Positions 34,331 to 36,558 of a stretch of DNA of 36,558 nucleotides are shown here, one piece after another (position 1 is the stretch's first letter; each line of letters begins with the position of its first letter). A model generated the notes under the pieces. It was not told the DNA's origin. It worked only from the letters and a program-made list of their open reading frames with translations, and searched no databases. Origin of the DNA: Octopus bimaculoides (Eukaryota); NCBI RefSeq assembly GCF_001194135.2, contig NC_069005.1, positions 18,217,293 through 18,253,850 on the forward strand, in the 5' to 3' direction. Position numbers and translations under genes: made by a program.

Positions 34331-34759
34331 CTCAATGGATTTAATTCTAAATGGTTGAAGACTACATTCTACATAAAATCTTCTAAATATAAGTAACTAA
34401 TTCACCACTCTTTTTATCCTCCCCCACCACCACCACCACTACTATTGCCTCTGCTACTCTCTAGATTATAGCAGACTTAACAAGTCTACTATATTTTCTA
34501 AACTCATTCTGCCACAGATATAACAAAAGAAACAATGTAAATATTTTGAGTTCCATTATTGATGTGAATATGTTAAGGAAATGGTTGTATTCATTATGTT
34601 TGAAGTCTATGCTGTCATCTGAAGAGAATGGTTTCTTTCAAATGATTTAATGTTTTCATTAATCAATTAAAGGAGTCACTTGAAATGACCATAATGAATT
34701 GACACCTATACATCTTTGTTACTCATATATATATATATATATATATATTTGTGTGCGTG

Positions 34760-34960
34760 CCTGTGTTTGTCCTCCTCCACCATCGCTTGACAACTGATGT
34801 TGGTGTGTTTACGTCCCAGCATCTTAGCAGTTCGGCGAAAGAGACCTATAGAATAAGTGCTAAGCTTACAAAGAATAAATCCTGGGGTCAATTTCTTTGA
34901 CTAAGGGCAGTGCTCCAGCATTGCTGCAGTCAAATGACTGAAACAAGTTAAAGAATAAAT
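34760..34960 (+). mobile_element. SINE 3' half
   Basis: tgtttgtcctcctccaccatcgcttgacaac...gcagtcaaatgactgaaacaag. Confidence 0.85.
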
Positions 34961-35195
34961 AAATTGTCAAGGGAAGAATCTCTTGTTCTGTTTTTTTTTT
35001 TTTTTTTTTTTTTTTGTTCAATTTGTATTTTTCACTTTTTTTTCCCTTCTCCCCTCATTTTGTTTTTCTTTCAGTTTGTCTATTCTGCTCTTTCATTTCT
35101 CAATTACTCTGTCTCTCCTTTTCATCATCTCTCACCCACTCTATCTTATCCCAATATGTATCTCCTCAGCCTCTTTCTTTGTCTCTCTATTGTAG

Positions 35196-35295
35196 CGAAG
35201 AGAATGTATGGAAACTGTGTGAAGCTGTCAACATTGACCGACCTGAAGAACTAGAATTCTGTTCTGTTGTCTTTATTTCAAATGAAGATAGGGCA
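35196..35295 (+). CDS. NTAQ1: NTAQ1 internal coding exon: C|EENVWKLCEAVNIDRPEELEFCSVVFISNEDRA
   Basis: 100-nt exon with a strong polypyrimidine tract plus TAG acceptor and a GCA|GTAAGT donor. The translation matches the NTAQ1 signatures EENxWKLC and VFISN. The next expected exon (xPxW..Q..W before DYHV) was not found in the window. Confidence 0.93.
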
Positions 35296-35760
35296 GTAAG
35301 TATCTCATTTTGTTACATCATCACATCATCAACTGGCCTGGACTCTGATGATGTTTAACCCTTGCTGAAACAGGACATAAAATGATGATCATCATTATCC
35401 TCATTACTGCTATCATCAGCACCACCATCTCAACCACCAACATTAATGTCATTCTCAGGTGGAATTAGTATGAAATGTCACAAGACTACATCTTTGAATT
35501 ACAGGTACAGTCCATCAGAGATGCTTTTACTCAGTTTCCCTCTCACCAGTGTCACACACAAGGTATTGAATGAACCAAAGCTGTTGAAAATGACACTTAC
35601 TCAAGATGTAATACTATGGATTTGAATCCAGGAGTACGTGGCTTAGGGTTTGTTCACATGGCCTGGACATTAACTGGTATCTTCTACCATAGCCAGAAAT
35701 TGATTAATGCCTTGTGAATGAGATTGGTAAACAGAAACTGAAAGATGTCCCTTGTATGTA

Positions 35761-35825
<65 letters not shown>

Positions 35826-35869
35826 ATCATTAATAAATTTATAAAATTATCAATAATATTCACAGGAAA

Positions 35870-35990
35870 TGTAAGGAAAAAAGTATGGGAATGTACGGAC
35901 AAGATCATGTTTTTGTCTCACATATGGCAATGGTTGCAGGCGAGTTCTCGCTGTTCCAAAATGGCACTGATTTCTTTGTGCCTCACTACA
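35870..35990 (-). mobile_element. Fragment of a related Gypsy LTR
   Basis: 35925-35990 aligns (roughly 80% by eye) to 31090-31151. The minus strand begins TGTAGTG. Confidence 0.6.
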
Positions 35991-36194
35991 ACCTCTTCAG
36001 ATTCTCTTCCCTTATAGTTTGTATAACATATAAATTTTACAATGAATGACTAAATCTCGCACCTCCCCTAAGATCTGTTATTATTCTACCTGGATCAGTG
36101 TCTTTGATGTATTTTAGAAATATTTTATAAACCCTTTTCCAAAGGTACTTTTTATTTCTGTTAATACCTGACACATATTTTTATTTTACATTTT

Positions 36195-36558
36195 GAAGCA
36201 GATAAGAAAAGATTTGCCAATGTTCTGCGCCGTGAGGACCAAAGACTCGAGGTATTTCGTGTTGCAAGACAGTGTAGGAGAGAGAATAGTGATGTTGTAG
36301 GAGAGAAATGTGTTCGCATGGATGATGGTACGCTTGCACTAAATGAGGATGCAAAGAAAGAGGTCTGGAGATGCCACTACGATAGATTGCTTAATAAAGA
36401 GAATGAATGGGAGGAAGAGAGCCTGCCGTATGTCGACCCAATAGAGGGACCAGCTATCCGAGTTGATAGTACCGGGGTAGATAAAGCAATTAAGAGTATG
36501 AAGACCGGGAAAGCCCCCGGCCCATCAGGAATCACTGCAGAAATGCTCAAAATATCTG
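36195..36558 (+). mobile_element. 5'-truncated RTE LINE ORF fragment (continues beyond window)
   Basis: Stop-free EADKKRFANVLRREDQRLEVF...KAPGPSGITAEMLKIS, closely similar to 22216-22580. Confidence 0.92.

Larger units (their letters stand above)
10310..35195 (+). other. NTAQ1: NTAQ1 intron, 24,886 bp, phase 2, GT-AG
   Basis: GTGAGA donor at 10310. A long polypyrimidine tract and TAG acceptor end at 35195. The length includes estimated N-gaps. Confidence 0.8.

Noticed and set aside
35745-36017. 90-aa ORF and a possible exon after cacag (35866) as the next NTAQ1 exon
   Set aside because: No frame resembles the expected xPxWxQ...W-DYHV segment, and the region matches the Gypsy LTR.

Overview
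Eukaryotic, AT-rich, gapped draft sequence. N-runs lie at about 2829-3592, 9481-10193, 14197-14206, 17477-17486, 21140-21239, 22694-23406, 24319-24915, 29212-29603 and 30857-30866. The repeats look like those of an octopus or related coleoid (tRNA-derived SINEs, RTE LINEs with (GAT)n tails); this is recognition from memory, not a database result. One host gene is recognisable: NTAQ1/WDYHV1 (N-terminal glutamine amidohydrolase, Arg/N-degron pathway) on the + strand. It has two coding exons in the window (10197-10309 and 35196-35295) separated by a 24,886-bp intron that splits the codon of the putative catalytic cysteine. The intron is filled with decayed transposons: a three-level nest (Tc1-like > mariner > SINE), a near full-length CR1/L2-group LINE with an unusual Myb/SANT-like ORF1, a pogo fragment, several RTE LINEs with a PHD finger inside the RT, a Gypsy remnant with its 3' LTR, and an old AT-rich APE remnant. 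Upstream of the gene are a Chapaev3-type transposase pseudogene, two MITEs, a 2080-bp-spaced direct repeat and several hairpins. The most speculative signal is three separate minimal hammerhead-ribozyme-like relics of the Penelope type, one mirrored onto both strands by a palindrome. No intact transposon ORF and no prokaryote-type system (CRISPR etc.) is present. All alignments were done by eye.
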